Source of the DNA: an uncultured archaeon
GTDB lineage: Archaea > Altiarchaeota > Altiarchaeia > IMC4 > SCGC-AAA252-I15
Length of the DNA: 64,000 nt
Direction of reading: 5' to 3'
Assembly: GCA_964587725.1 (NCBI GenBank)
Contig: CAZPLO010000002.1
Coordinates: forward strand, 55,597-119,596
Below, in pieces: positions 9,585 to 18,812 of the stretch. The translations under genes were made by a program, and so were the position numbers. How positions within the stretch are numbered: the stretch's first letter is position 1; every line of letters begins with the position of its first letter. The notes under the pieces were generated by a model. That model did no database searches, was not told the DNA's origin, and saw only the letters and a list, made by a program, of their open reading frames with translations.

Positions 9585-11900
9585 ATGGTTAAGTGCCTGT
9601 TGGATGCGGACTACGTCACCCGCGCGGATAAGCCGGTGGTGAGGCTGTTCTATAAGACGGAATCCGGTGCTGTGACGGAGGAGGTGGAGGGTGTTGAACC
9701 CTACTTCTACGCCCTCCCCAGGGGCGATGTCGGCAGGTTGGCTGATGACGTGAATTCCCTGGGGGGTGTGGCCCGGGTGGAGGAGGTTGAGAAGCTCGAC
9801 TTCGGCCGCCGGGTTAAGGCGTTGAAGGTTATGTCGCAGCTGCCACATGACGTCCCGAAGCTGCGGGAGGCGGTTGCGCGGTTGGACAGTTCCGTCGGCT
9901 ACCGTGAAGCTGATATTCCGTTCGCCAGACGTTACATCATCGACTCTGGTGTGGTGCCGATGGAGGGGTGTGAATCTGTAGAGTTGAATGTCGCCGCATT
10001 GGACTTGGAGGTTGCTTCTGGCGGGGAGCCGGTCGCCTCCAGGCACCCGATTGCGATGATAAGCTACGCGGACTCCAGCGGCCTCCGTAGGGTGTGGACT
10101 TACGGGAAAGACGACCCTGGCGTCGACTACGTGGAGGTGTTGGGCAGTGAGGCGGAGATGCTGCGGAAGCTGGAGGATACCGTACGGGAGCGGGAGATAG
10201 ACGTACTCACAGGCTATAACACGGACAACTTCGACTTCCCGTATCTTCAGGAGCGCGCCAAACAGAACGGCTTCGAGCTGGCGTTGGGCGTGGACGGCCG
10301 CCCGTTCAAACTGGAGCGGCGTGGGATGAATATGGGCGCCCGCGTCACCGGCCGGCCGCACGTGGACATGTATCCCCTCTGCAGGCAGGTGTTCAACCTC
10401 CCCAGGTATCAGCTGGAGGACGTGTATGAGTCGTTGTTCGACGAGAAGAAGGTGGATATCAAGGTGGGTGAGATAACCGAGTTCTTCAACTCCCCGGACA
10501 GGGAAAAATTCGCCAGACTGTGCGAGTATTCGATGTCGGATGCGGACGCGACGTTGAAGATTGCGTTGAAGATGCTTCCGCTGGCGTATGAGCTGTCTAA
10601 GGTGATTAGGCAGCCGGTGTATGAGACGTCGCGGATGGGCAGCGGCCAGCGGGTGGAGTATCTGCTGATGGAGGAGGCTTACAGGCGCGGCATCATCGTG
10701 CCCAACAGGCCGTCGGACGAGGAATACGGCTACCGCGACGAGACGCCGTATGAGGGGGCGTTTGTGGTTGACCCGGACAGGGGCATACACGACAACATTA
10801 TCTTGTTTGACTTCCGCAGCCTGTATCCGAGCATCATCATCTCCCACAATGTGGACCCAGCCACATTGGACTGCAGCTGCTGCGGCGACAGAGCGCCTAA
10901 GGCGCCGAACGGCCACTACTTCTGCTTGAAGGAGCGGGGTTTCATCCCCGAGGTTCTGCAGGGGTTGATTGAGAAGCGGGTGGAGCTGAAGAAGCGTTTG
11001 AAGGCGGAGGAGGACCCTGAAGTGAAGTCTATGTTGGATGTGGAGCAGCAGGCGATGAAGCTGCTGGCTAACAGCATGTACGGTTATTATGGCTTCCAGC
11101 GGGCCCGCTGGTACTGCCGCGAATGCGCGGAGGCGATTGCCGGCTGGGGCCGCGAATACATTCAGAAGACGATTGAGTTGGCTGGAAAGCACGGGTTCAG
11201 GGTCATATACGGCGACACCGACAGCGTGTATCTGACGCGGCCGGACATGGACGACGTCGGCGAGATAATGCGTGTGTCGAAGGAGTTTCAGAAATCCATC
11301 AACAGCGAGCTGCCGGAGGCTATGGAGCTGGAGTTCGAAGGTTTTTACCCCCGGGGTGTGTTCATCACCAAGAAACGTTATGCGGTGGTGGACACGGAGG
11401 GTAAGCTGACGGTTAAGGGCTTGGAGACCCGGAGGAGGGACTGGTGTAACGTCGCCAAGGACACGCAGCGGAAGGTGTTGGATGCGTTGTTGCGTGACCG
11501 GGACCCGGATAAGGCGGCGCAGGTTGTGAAGGACGTGATAGAGGAGATTAAGGGCGGCGGCATCCTGTTGGAGGATTTGGCGATTAACACGCAGATGACC
11601 CGGAACATCGGCGGGTATGTGAGCGAGGGCCCGCATGTTGCGGCTGCGAAGAAGGCGATGAAGGAGGGTATGGACTTCAAGCAGGGCGACATCATAACCT
11701 ACGTTATTACTCGGCGTGGCGGGTCAAGCATCGGCGACAAAGCGGTTGTTATCGACTTGGCGGAGGAGGGCGAATACGACCCCGACTACTACGTCAACAA
11801 CCAGGTGCTGCCCGCCGTGATGAGGATTCTCGAAGCCCTGGGGTTCCAGGAGGATGAGTTGAAGGGCTACGGCCGTCAGATGAGTTTGGGCGACTGGTAG
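9585..11900 (+). CDS. polB: Family B DNA polymerase (PolB3 type), no intein
   Basis: Exonuclease DLE / GYNTDNFD, DFRSLYPSII, KLLANSMYGY, YGDTDS, KKRY motifs. Confidence 0.97.
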   Translation: MVKCLLDADYVTRADKPVVRLFYKTESGAVTEEVEGVEPYFYALPRGDVGRLADDVNSLGGVARVEEVEKLDFGRRVKALKVMSQLPHDVPKLREAVARLDSSVGYREADIPFARRYIIDSGVVPMEGCESVELNVAALDLEVASGGEPVASRHPIAMISYADSSGLRRVWTYGKDDPGVDYVEVLGSEAEMLRKLEDTVREREIDVLTGYNTDNFDFPYLQERAKQNGFELALGVDGRPFKLERRGMNMGARVTGRPHVDMYPLCRQVFNLPRYQLEDVYESLFDEKKVDIKVGEITEFFNSPDREKFARLCEYSMSDADATLKIALKMLPLAYELSKVIRQPVYETSRMGSGQRVEYLLMEEAYRRGIIVPNRPSDEEYGYRDETPYEGAFVVDPDRGIHDNIILFDFRSLYPSIIISHNVDPATLDCSCCGDRAPKAPNGHYFCLKERGFIPEVLQGLIEKRVELKKRLKAEEDPEVKSMLDVEQQAMKLLANSMYGYYGFQRARWYCRECAEAIAGWGREYIQKTIELAGKHGFRVIYGDTDSVYLTRPDMDDVGEIMRVSKEFQKSINSELPEAMELEFEGFYPRGVFITKKRYAVVDTEGKLTVKGLETRRRDWCNVAKDTQRKVLDALLRDRDPDKAAQVVKDVIEEIKGGGILLEDLAINTQMTRNIGGYVSEGPHVAAAKKAMKEGMDFKQGDIITYVITRRGGSSIGDKAVVIDLAEEGEYDPDYYVNNQVLPAVMRILEALGFQEDELKGYGRQMSLGDW

Positions 11901-11912
11901 CCTTCACACACT

Positions 11913-12878
11913 CTATTCTTGTTTGGTTAGTTCCAGCAGTTTCAGGTGGAATACTAGGGTTTTCCCAGCCAGTGGAGGGTTGAAGTCTAATGTTATCTCG
12001 TCGTCTGTTACATCAACCACCTTGGCGGGGCCGTTCAACGTGACTATGTCCTGGCCTTCTTCGGCGTTCACCTCTATCACCACCTCCCCTTCGGTGGAGT
12101 AGACGAGGGCGTCTCCGAAGACGGTTTCTATGGTGGCGTTGCTGCCTGGGTGGTATTTGAAGGTTATGGTGTCGTTGTACACCTGCAGCACCTCCATGGG
12201 CCATGCTAGTTCGTAGGCGGAGGTGTTGGGTACCGTGAAGTTCAGTCCCTCATAGGGTGTTACGTTCACGTCCTCGAGGAACTGCTCTAGGCTGACGTTC
12301 TGGACTACGGGGCTGGTCTGCTTCCGGTCGACGGTCTGTATGAGCTCCTCCTGCGGGTATCCGAAGCCTTTCTCCGGCGGTATCGTAACCGTTTTTTCTT
12401 CGCCGACCTCCATGTCCATCACGGCCTCCTCGAAACCGGGTATGAGTCCTTCGTATCCTAGTGTGAATATGACCGGCTCGTACGGTCGTGCGGGGTTGTA
12501 TATGCCCGCCTCCCGTGCGACGGATTCTATGCTGGTGTCGAATACGGTGCCGTTGGTGTATCTGCCCGTGTATTCGACTTCGACGATGTCGTATTGGTCT
12601 GCTACGTTCGGGTTCTCGGGAGCTGTGGGCAGCGTGGTGGCTGACGGTGGTTCTTCGGGGCCGCCCTGGCCCATCAGGTAGGCTATGCCCGCTAAAACAG
12701 CTAAAACCGCCACTACCCCTATTATTAGGTGTGTGGAGACCTTGAATTCCTCACCCTCTTCATCCTGTTCTTCGGCCTTCTTCTTGGTCTTCTTCTTACC
12801 GGCCTTTTTCCTTTTCTTCTTGGCTTCGGATTTCACCTGCTCCGAAGCCGCCTCCCCATTTTTTTCTTCGTCAGCCAT
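11913..12878 (-). CDS. FKBP-type peptidyl-prolyl isomerase with N-terminal membrane anchor
   Basis: VEYTGR..GTVFDTS, LIPGFEEA, PPEKGFG, LDFNPPLAGKTLVF; Lys-rich N-terminus plus one TM. Confidence 0.88.
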   Translation of the reverse strand: MADEEKNGEAASEQVKSEAKKKRKKAGKKKTKKKAEEQDEEGEEFKVSTHLIIGVVAVLAVLAGIAYLMGQGGPEEPPSATTLPTAPENPNVADQYDIVEVEYTGRYTNGTVFDTSIESVAREAGIYNPARPYEPVIFTLGYEGLIPGFEEAVMDMEVGEEKTVTIPPEKGFGYPQEELIQTVDRKQTSPVVQNVSLEQFLEDVNVTPYEGLNFTVPNTSAYELAWPMEVLQVYNDTITFKYHPGSNATIETVFGDALVYSTEGEVVIEVNAEEGQDIVTLNGPAKVVDVTDDEITLDFNPPLAGKTLVFHLKLLELTKQE

Positions 12879-12937
12879 CTTACAACGACTACATATTATA
12901 GATATATTAATTTAAAAACACAGGATTAACACACACA

Positions 12938-14989
12938 ATGAACTCCACAGTAAAGACACTTATAGCAGCCCTGATACTCCTCTCCGCAGCCTATTCAGCC
13001 ACAGCAGCAACCTGGGACACCGACTTCAAATGGAACAACAACCACCAGGGGAGGTATTACGTTTACGGAGGTGAGGCTCATCTTACCGGATACGCCGAAG
13101 TCACCCCTCAAAAACATATTGTGGGGAATTTCGTCTTACATCGTTGTAACGGGGATGCTGGCGTGTGGGATGATTTCACAGGCAACCAAATATATGTGAG
13201 AGTACCTAACACCAACCTCCTACAGGACTATATAATCCAAAATCCAACGGTCTCTGTTACTGGGGATATGATTTCAATATCGTTTGATCAGGAGGCGTCT
13301 CGTTTGGGTGCTCTTACCAGTGATGTATGGTATGTACGGTTCGACCTTCTGGTTCTGGAGGGTTCAACAACCCCTGGCTGCTCTGGCTGTAGCGTGCTGT
13401 GGCTGCCAACAGACCGAACTTTCGGTCCATACGAGGATTGTAACTTCTACGGCCCCCGTGTTAGGGATTTGGCCGCTTCTCCAAACGAGCTTGCATATGA
13501 TTCACTATCAGCTGTTGGTGTTTCCTGCTCGGTAACCGACGACACCGGTGTTTTGTCGGTTGATGGTGAGATATCCATACCTGGTGATGGAACCCAGCAG
13601 GTGTCGATGGTTCCTGCGTCGGTGGGGCCGACGGGCAACGGCACATACGAGTACACGATACCTGAGAGTCAGATGGAGGTGTGGAACGACTCCGGCTACT
13701 GGGGTGTCTACTGGTTCAGAGTTATTGCAGAGGATGTGGACGGTAACGTGAACGACTGGGTGAGGACGTCATTCAACCTTACCACTCCACCGGATGTGAC
13801 CACCACAACCTCCACCACGACCACGACGATACCGCAGCCCATACCGGACTCCATTAACGTCACATTCGAGTATTTTGAGGTGGAGCGTGACGTGATACAG
13901 TGGTGTGAGTTGTGGACCAACATCTCCGGCTCCTGGGGCGTTGACAAACTCAGCTACGAAGTCGAAAACCTGTCAATCAACCGGTTTATCAGGTACTATG
14001 TCCCCAACGGTACCTACATCTGGAATGTCCGTTGCAAGACAGACACCAACTACACATTCATAGCGGAACAGCCGTGGCTGTTCCACGTCTGCATAGGCTG
14101 CGAACCCTGCTACCAGGTCTGCAGGGGCAACGGGTTTGACTACGGCATATGCCGGTCGGACGACTCCTGCTTGGATTATGAGTCGTTGGGAGGTGGCGTA
14201 TGTACCTCCGGTGAACTATGCTGTTGTGGCAATGTTCAGACAACCACTACTACTACGGTGACCACTACGACCCTGTTCACCGCAACCACCATGACGATAC
14301 CGCAGGTCTGCGGTGACACCTTTATCATGGAACCTGAGGAATGTGACCCACCCAGATTTGATTCACCGGAATGCATGGCGGCGGGCTTCCAGAACTGCGA
14401 CCTCGACTGCATCTGCACCAATTCGCCGATTACAACATCCACAACGTCAACCCCGACCACGACGCCGCCGACTACATCAACCACCACTACGACGTCAACA
14501 ACATCAACCTCCACAACAACGACGTCGTCAACATCAACCACCACACTCGAAGTAAGCTGGAGTACTGGGTTCACTTGGAATCAGAATCACCAGGGTTCCA
14601 CATACGTCGAAGGCGGCGAAGCCAACATGGTTGGAATTGTTTCAGTAACAGGTGACAAGCATATTGTGGGGTCTTTCGAGTTAAATAGGTGTTCTGGCAA
14701 CCCGGACTTATGGGATGATTTCACAGGCAATAGCATCTACATTCGGATACCTAACACAAACCTCTTCCAGGATTTCATCCTATTCTCGCCCACAGTCACA
14801 GTCAACGATGATACAATAACCATCTCGTTTGACGAAGCTGCTCATACGTCAAGAATAGGCGATATAACCTCCGATGTGTGGTATGTCCGATTCGATTTGT
14901 TGTTGATGGAGGGTACCACCACACCAGGATGCAGTGGCTGCAGCACCATCTGGATGCCCTCAAACTACGATGAACCCATGTGCAATTGA
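12938..14989 (+). CDS. Secreted modular surface protein with a duplicated ~133-aa domain, Cys-rich modules and Thr-rich linkers
   Basis: Signal peptide; N- and C-terminal domains align (WDDFTGNxIY.R.PNTNL.QD, SDVWYVRFDLL..EG.TTPGCSGCS). Confidence 0.8.
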   Translation: MNSTVKTLIAALILLSAAYSATAATWDTDFKWNNNHQGRYYVYGGEAHLTGYAEVTPQKHIVGNFVLHRCNGDAGVWDDFTGNQIYVRVPNTNLLQDYIIQNPTVSVTGDMISISFDQEASRLGALTSDVWYVRFDLLVLEGSTTPGCSGCSVLWLPTDRTFGPYEDCNFYGPRVRDLAASPNELAYDSLSAVGVSCSVTDDTGVLSVDGEISIPGDGTQQVSMVPASVGPTGNGTYEYTIPESQMEVWNDSGYWGVYWFRVIAEDVDGNVNDWVRTSFNLTTPPDVTTTTSTTTTTIPQPIPDSINVTFEYFEVERDVIQWCELWTNISGSWGVDKLSYEVENLSINRFIRYYVPNGTYIWNVRCKTDTNYTFIAEQPWLFHVCIGCEPCYQVCRGNGFDYGICRSDDSCLDYESLGGGVCTSGELCCCGNVQTTTTTTVTTTTLFTATTMTIPQVCGDTFIMEPEECDPPRFDSPECMAAGFQNCDLDCICTNSPITTSTTSTPTTTPPTTSTTTTTSTTSTSTTTTSSTSTTTLEVSWSTGFTWNQNHQGSTYVEGGEANMVGIVSVTGDKHIVGSFELNRCSGNPDLWDDFTGNSIYIRIPNTNLFQDFILFSPTVTVNDDTITISFDEAAHTSRIGDITSDVWYVRFDLLLMEGTTTPGCSGCSTIWMPSNYDEPMCN

Positions 14990-15006
14990 GGTATAGTGCT
15001 CTGAAG

Positions 15007-16251
15007 ATGGTTTTTGAGCGTCCCCGCGGTGTGCGGGATTTCGGACCTGATGAGATGTCTGCGAGAGTGTCTGTAGAGTATGCTCTGTCGGATGTTTTCC
15101 GGTCGTTCGGTTATCGTCCCATATTGATGCCTACGTTTGAGTTCGTGGAGTTGTTCGAGCTGAAGTCCGGGGAAGACATACGGGAACACCTGTATGTGTT
15201 CAAGGACAAGGGTGGGCGGCGGCTCTGCCTCCGGCCTGAGGCCACGGCTTCAGTGGCGAGAATGTATGCGTCGGAGCTGCGGAGCCTGCCTAAGCCGCTG
15301 CGCCTCAGTTATTATGGGCCAATGTTCCGGTATGAGGAGCCTCAGCGCGGCCGTTACCGGGAGTTCTGGCAGGCCGGCGTCGAACTCTTCGGCGTGGAGG
15401 GGCCGGAGGCAGACGCTGAAATACTGCTGATGGCGTCCGAGTGCCTGAAGAAGCTGCGGCTGAAACACACTCTGCGGGTCAGCCACATAGGGGTTCTGCG
15501 TTCGCTTCTTGGGAATCAGGGTTTGGTTGAAGATGAGCAGGACAGTGTCCTACAGTCTCTGGACAGGGGCGACCTGGAGTCCGTTGAATCCAAGGTGGAC
15601 GAGTCCTTCATTAAGCTGCTGGAGCTCCGGGGTTCGTCGGGGGTTGTGGGTGAAGCGTTGAAGTTGGTGTCGGACAAGGGTGTGCAGGCGTTGTTATCCG
15701 CATTCAAACGGTCTCTGGAGCTGCTGGATTCCGCGGGCGTCGACTACGTAGTCGACTTCGGCATGGCCCGCGGCCTGGACTATTACACCGGCATGGTATT
15801 CGACGTCCGCGTGGAGGGCTTGGGTGCTCAGGACCAGGTCTGTGGCGGCGGCCGCTACGACAACCTGGTAGGCTTGTTCGGCGGCCCGGACACGCCCGCC
15901 GTAGGGTTTGCATTTGGAGTCGACCGCTTGTTGGAGGCTATGAAGGAGCAGGGTGTGCAGCCCGATATTGCTGCCGTTGACGTTTATGTTATACCCGTAT
16001 CCGATGATGTATCGTCCCCTGCCTTCAATATTGCCGCCGACCTCAGGCGCAGTCTGGAAGGTACGGTTGAGTGCGAAATATCCGGACGTAAACTGAACAA
16101 GGCGTTGAAGGTCGCCAGCGACACGGGAGTCAGATACGCGGTCATAGTCGGCCCCAAAGAGTTGGAGGAAGAGTCGGTCGTGCTCCGCGACATGAAGTCC
16201 GAGGAACAGTCGAACGTTAAACTGAAGGAGTTAGCCTCAAAAATCGGTTAG
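15007..16251 (+). CDS. hisS: Histidyl-tRNA synthetase
   Basis: RPRGVRDF, LRPEATA, FRYEEPQRGRYREFWQ, RGLDYYTG, GGGRYD; start placed at MVFERP. Confidence 0.97.
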   Translation: MVFERPRGVRDFGPDEMSARVSVEYALSDVFRSFGYRPILMPTFEFVELFELKSGEDIREHLYVFKDKGGRRLCLRPEATASVARMYASELRSLPKPLRLSYYGPMFRYEEPQRGRYREFWQAGVELFGVEGPEADAEILLMASECLKKLRLKHTLRVSHIGVLRSLLGNQGLVEDEQDSVLQSLDRGDLESVESKVDESFIKLLELRGSSGVVGEALKLVSDKGVQALLSAFKRSLELLDSAGVDYVVDFGMARGLDYYTGMVFDVRVEGLGAQDQVCGGGRYDNLVGLFGGPDTPAVGFAFGVDRLLEAMKEQGVQPDIAAVDVYVIPVSDDVSSPAFNIAADLRRSLEGTVECEISGRKLNKALKVASDTGVRYAVIVGPKELEEESVVLRDMKSEEQSNVKLKELASKIG

Positions 16252-16718
16252 CCCACCGGCCCCCATACGACTCCGTTGCTGACGTGTGCTAGCCCTGAGG
16301 AGGGGTTGGTGTAGCTTATGGTGACATTGACTCTGTAGTATTCTCCGTTGCTGGCTTCGACGTTGCAGCCGCTGAAGTTGAGCATCCTTGTGGAGGCGGG
16401 GCGGAAGTCGTCCATTGGCATGGTGGTGTCGAGGTTGCACCATCCGCTGCCGCCTGAGACAACCGAGGCGTCCGCGTCGCTGACATCCAGTATGCTGCCG
16501 GCGTTGTTCTGGACAACGACCACGAAGTCGCCATCATCGCTGAGTTTCCAGTCCAGCGGCGTTATCTGGCTGAAACCCCGTTTGTCGGGGGTTACGTTCT
16601 GGGTTATGTTCAACAAACCCATCTGCCACACCAGAACTCCAACAACCATTATGACGAGTATGGCCCACCCGTACGTCATCATGTACTCGACCGCACTCTG
16701 GCCTCTAACGGCTCTCAT
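16248..16718 (-). CDS. Type IV pilin-like protein 1 (class III signal peptide)
   Basis: RG|QSAVEYMMTYGWAILV hydrophobic helix after a basic leader. Confidence 0.85.
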   Translation of the reverse strand: MRAVRGQSAVEYMMTYGWAILVIMVVGVLVWQMGLLNITQNVTPDKRGFSQITPLDWKLSDDGDFVVVVQNNAGSILDVSDADASVVSGGSGWCNLDTTMPMDDFRPASTRMLNFSGCNVEASNGEYYRVNVTISYTNPSSGLAHVSNGVVWGPVG

Positions 16719-16740
16719 GATAATCTATGGTGTGGGAGGA

Positions 16741-16770
16741 AAATAAAAAGAAAAAGAGGGAAAAGGAGGC
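16741..16770 (-). terminator. T-rich archaeal terminator-like tract after pilin 2
   Basis: Pyrimidine/T-run on the minus strand immediately after the stop; similar tract follows pilin 4 (about 23211-23232). Confidence 0.45.
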
Positions 16771-16771
16771 C

Positions 16772-17281
16772 TTATTCGTAGGGGCCTCTTATGGTTCCGG
16801 ATTCGGTGTGTCCTACGGTCTGGCTGCCTATGGTGACGTCGTATTCTATTTCAACGTCGACGCTGTAGACGTCGCCTGAGGGTCCTGTCTGGCAGTCGCC
16901 TATCGATATCTTAAAGTTGTCTCCCCCGCCAACCGCTATTCCTCCACCATAGTCCCCAGCAACTGGATCAACACCGTCAGTGCTTCCAACGCAGGTTGTT
17001 GTGTCACCAGTTATCGTGACCTCGTATATCTCGATTTTGGTTCCTATTCCATTTGTGAAGGTTCCTACAAACAATCCAGGGTTCGGCGCACTGTTCCCCT
17101 GTAGTCCTGTTCCTGCTAGCTGCGGCTTTATTTTGGCGAAGCCGGTGAATGTTACGGTGGTTCCGCCCATGTTGAAGATGCCGAGCCTCCACATGGCTAT
17201 GCCGACGACCATGACCACTAGTATGGCCCAGCCGTATGTCATAAGGTACTCCATGGCACCCTGTCCCTTATTTTTTCTCAT
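16772..17281 (-). CDS. Type IV pilin-like protein 2 (probable major pilin)
   Basis: KG|QGAMEYLMTYGWAILVV, GAGGTG RBS, own promoter-like and terminator-like flanks. Confidence 0.88.
   Translation of the reverse strand: MRKNKGQGAMEYLMTYGWAILVVMVVGIAMWRLGIFNMGGTTVTFTGFAKIKPQLAGTGLQGNSAPNPGLFVGTFTNGIGTKIEIYEVTITGDTTTCVGSTDGVDPVAGDYGGGIAVGGGDNFKISIGDCQTGPSGDVYSVDVEIEYDVTIGSQTVGHTESGTIRGPYE
17189..17257. repeat. 69-bp exact repeat, copy 1 (pilin 2 N-terminal helix)
   Basis: Identical to 17747-17815 by direct comparison. Confidence 0.9.
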
Positions 17282-17362
17282 GTTTTACACCTCAAATATT
17301 TCGATAGAATCCAGCCAAACACCGATGTAATCTATTAAAACGGCGCATTTAAATACTGAGAA

Positions 17363-17842
17363 TCACTCGAATGGGCCGCGGATGGTGCCGAATTCGCTGT
17401 GGCGGCTCTGTACGTTACCGACCACCACGTCGTAGGGGATGGAGAACTGGAGGTCGTAGACTTCCCCCGGCAAACCTGTGGCGCAGCCGCTGGCGCTGAC
17501 CTTGAAATTCCGGCCCGCAGACACCGTCACAGGGCTGATTTCTACGGTGGCGCACTCCGAACCGGAGCCGAGTTCGCGTATCACCGCATTCTCGGTGTCC
17601 GCGTACATTAAAGTGCCTAATCCGTTGGTGAATATGCCCTTGAATTCGCCGTCCCTGCCGAGTCCGCAGGCGGCCAGCTGCGGCTTTATTTTGGCCCAGC
17701 CGGTGGATGATACGCTGGAGCTGCCCATGCTGAATATCCCCAGCTGCCACATGGCTATGCCGACGACCATGACCACTAGTATGGCCCAGCCGTATGTCAT
17801 AAGGTACTCCATGGCCGCCTGGCCGCGGGAACCAAATTTCAT
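17363..17842 (-). CDS. Type IV pilin-like protein 3
   Basis: RG|QAAMEYLMTYGWAILVV; AKIKPQLA and G.IRGP.E shared with pilins 2 and 4. Confidence 0.88.
   Translation of the reverse strand: MKFGSRGQAAMEYLMTYGWAILVVMVVGIAMWQLGIFSMGSSSVSSTGWAKIKPQLAACGLGRDGEFKGIFTNGLGTLMYADTENAVIRELGSGSECATVEISPVTVSAGRNFKVSASGCATGLPGEVYDLQFSIPYDVVVGNVQSRHSEFGTIRGPFE
17747..17815. repeat. 69-bp exact repeat, copy 2 (pilin 3 N-terminal helix)
   Basis: Identical to 17189-17257. Confidence 0.9.
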
Positions 17843-17882
17843 GTAAAGTATTAAGTTTATCTGTTAATTAATTACGGATATC

Positions 17883-18812
17883 ATGTATCGTGAACGCGTG
17901 GTTGGCGTGGTGGTGCCAGCATACAACGAGGGGGCTTTGATAACGCAGACGCTCGAATCAGTCCCCGGCTTCATAGACCACGTGTTCGTGGTCGACGACG
18001 GCAGCGAAGATAAGACATCGGAGAAGGCGAACTCCGTCGGGGACGGGCGGGTGCAAATCGTACGGCATGATGTCAACAGGGGGGTGGGCGCTGCCATAGT
18101 CTCCGGGTACCAGGCCGCCATAGAAGGAGGATGCGACCTGGTGGCGGTGATGGCCGGCGACCACCAGATGGACTCCAAATACTTGGCTCGGCTTCTGGAC
18201 CCGCTGGTCGACGGCAGGGCGGACTACAGCAAAGGCAACCGCCTGCTAAGCTCCCGCCGAAAGGGGATGCCGGGTTTCAGGCTGTTCGGCAACTCCCTCC
18301 TGTCTTTCCTCACCAAGGTGGCTTCCGGGTACTGGGATGTCATGGACCCCCAGAACGGGTACGCCGCAACAACCCGGGAGGTTCTGGAGGCCCTGCCGTT
18401 GGATAGGGTGTACCCACGTTACGGCTACCCGAACGACATGCTGGTTAAACTCAACGCCTACGGGTTCCGGGTCGTCGACGTGGTCATGCCCCCCCGATAC
18501 GGCGACGAGAAGTCGAAGATAAAAATCTGGAGCTACATACCGTCGGTGTCGTGGCTCCTCATAAAAGGGTTCTTCTGGAGGATGAAGGAGAAACACGTTT
18601 TACAGAGCTTCCACCCCCTCATACTATTCTACGCACTTGGCCTCACACTCCTCCCGCTCGGAGTCCTCTCAGGATTCTACATGCTGTACCTCCGCCTGTC
18701 CACCGGAGGCATCACCGCAGCGAGCGCAATCATACCAATGTTCCTGCTCATCACCGGCCTCCAGAGCCTGTTCTTCGCCATGCTGTTCGACATGCAGTCA
18801 ACCAAAAAATGA
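17883..18812 (+). CDS. GT2 glycosyltransferase (Dol-P-sugar synthase-like) with two C-terminal TMs
   Basis: VVVPAYNE, VVDDGSED, NRGVGAA, MAGDHQ, DPQNGY. Confidence 0.9.
   Translation: MYRERVVGVVVPAYNEGALITQTLESVPGFIDHVFVVDDGSEDKTSEKANSVGDGRVQIVRHDVNRGVGAAIVSGYQAAIEGGCDLVAVMAGDHQMDSKYLARLLDPLVDGRADYSKGNRLLSSRRKGMPGFRLFGNSLLSFLTKVASGYWDVMDPQNGYAATTREVLEALPLDRVYPRYGYPNDMLVKLNAYGFRVVDVVMPPRYGDEKSKIKIWSYIPSVSWLLIKGFFWRMKEKHVLQSFHPLILFYALGLTLLPLGVLSGFYMLYLRLSTGGITAASAIIPMFLLITGLQSLFFAMLFDMQSTKK

Noticed and set aside
9462-11636. 724-aa antisense ORF over polB (likewise 8663-9544, 26392-27486, 34740-36392, 48287-49309)
   Set aside because: Shadow ORFs from GC-rich codon bias opposite clearly identified genes; no motifs.
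9585-11900. Intein or inactivation in PolB
   Set aside because: Normal length, contiguous motifs, catalytic residues intact.
14430-14545. ACN-rich low-complexity runs (also about 3370-3470, 13800-13830, 51960-52045)
   Set aside because: Encode Thr/Ser linkers of surface proteins; not independent DNA repeats.
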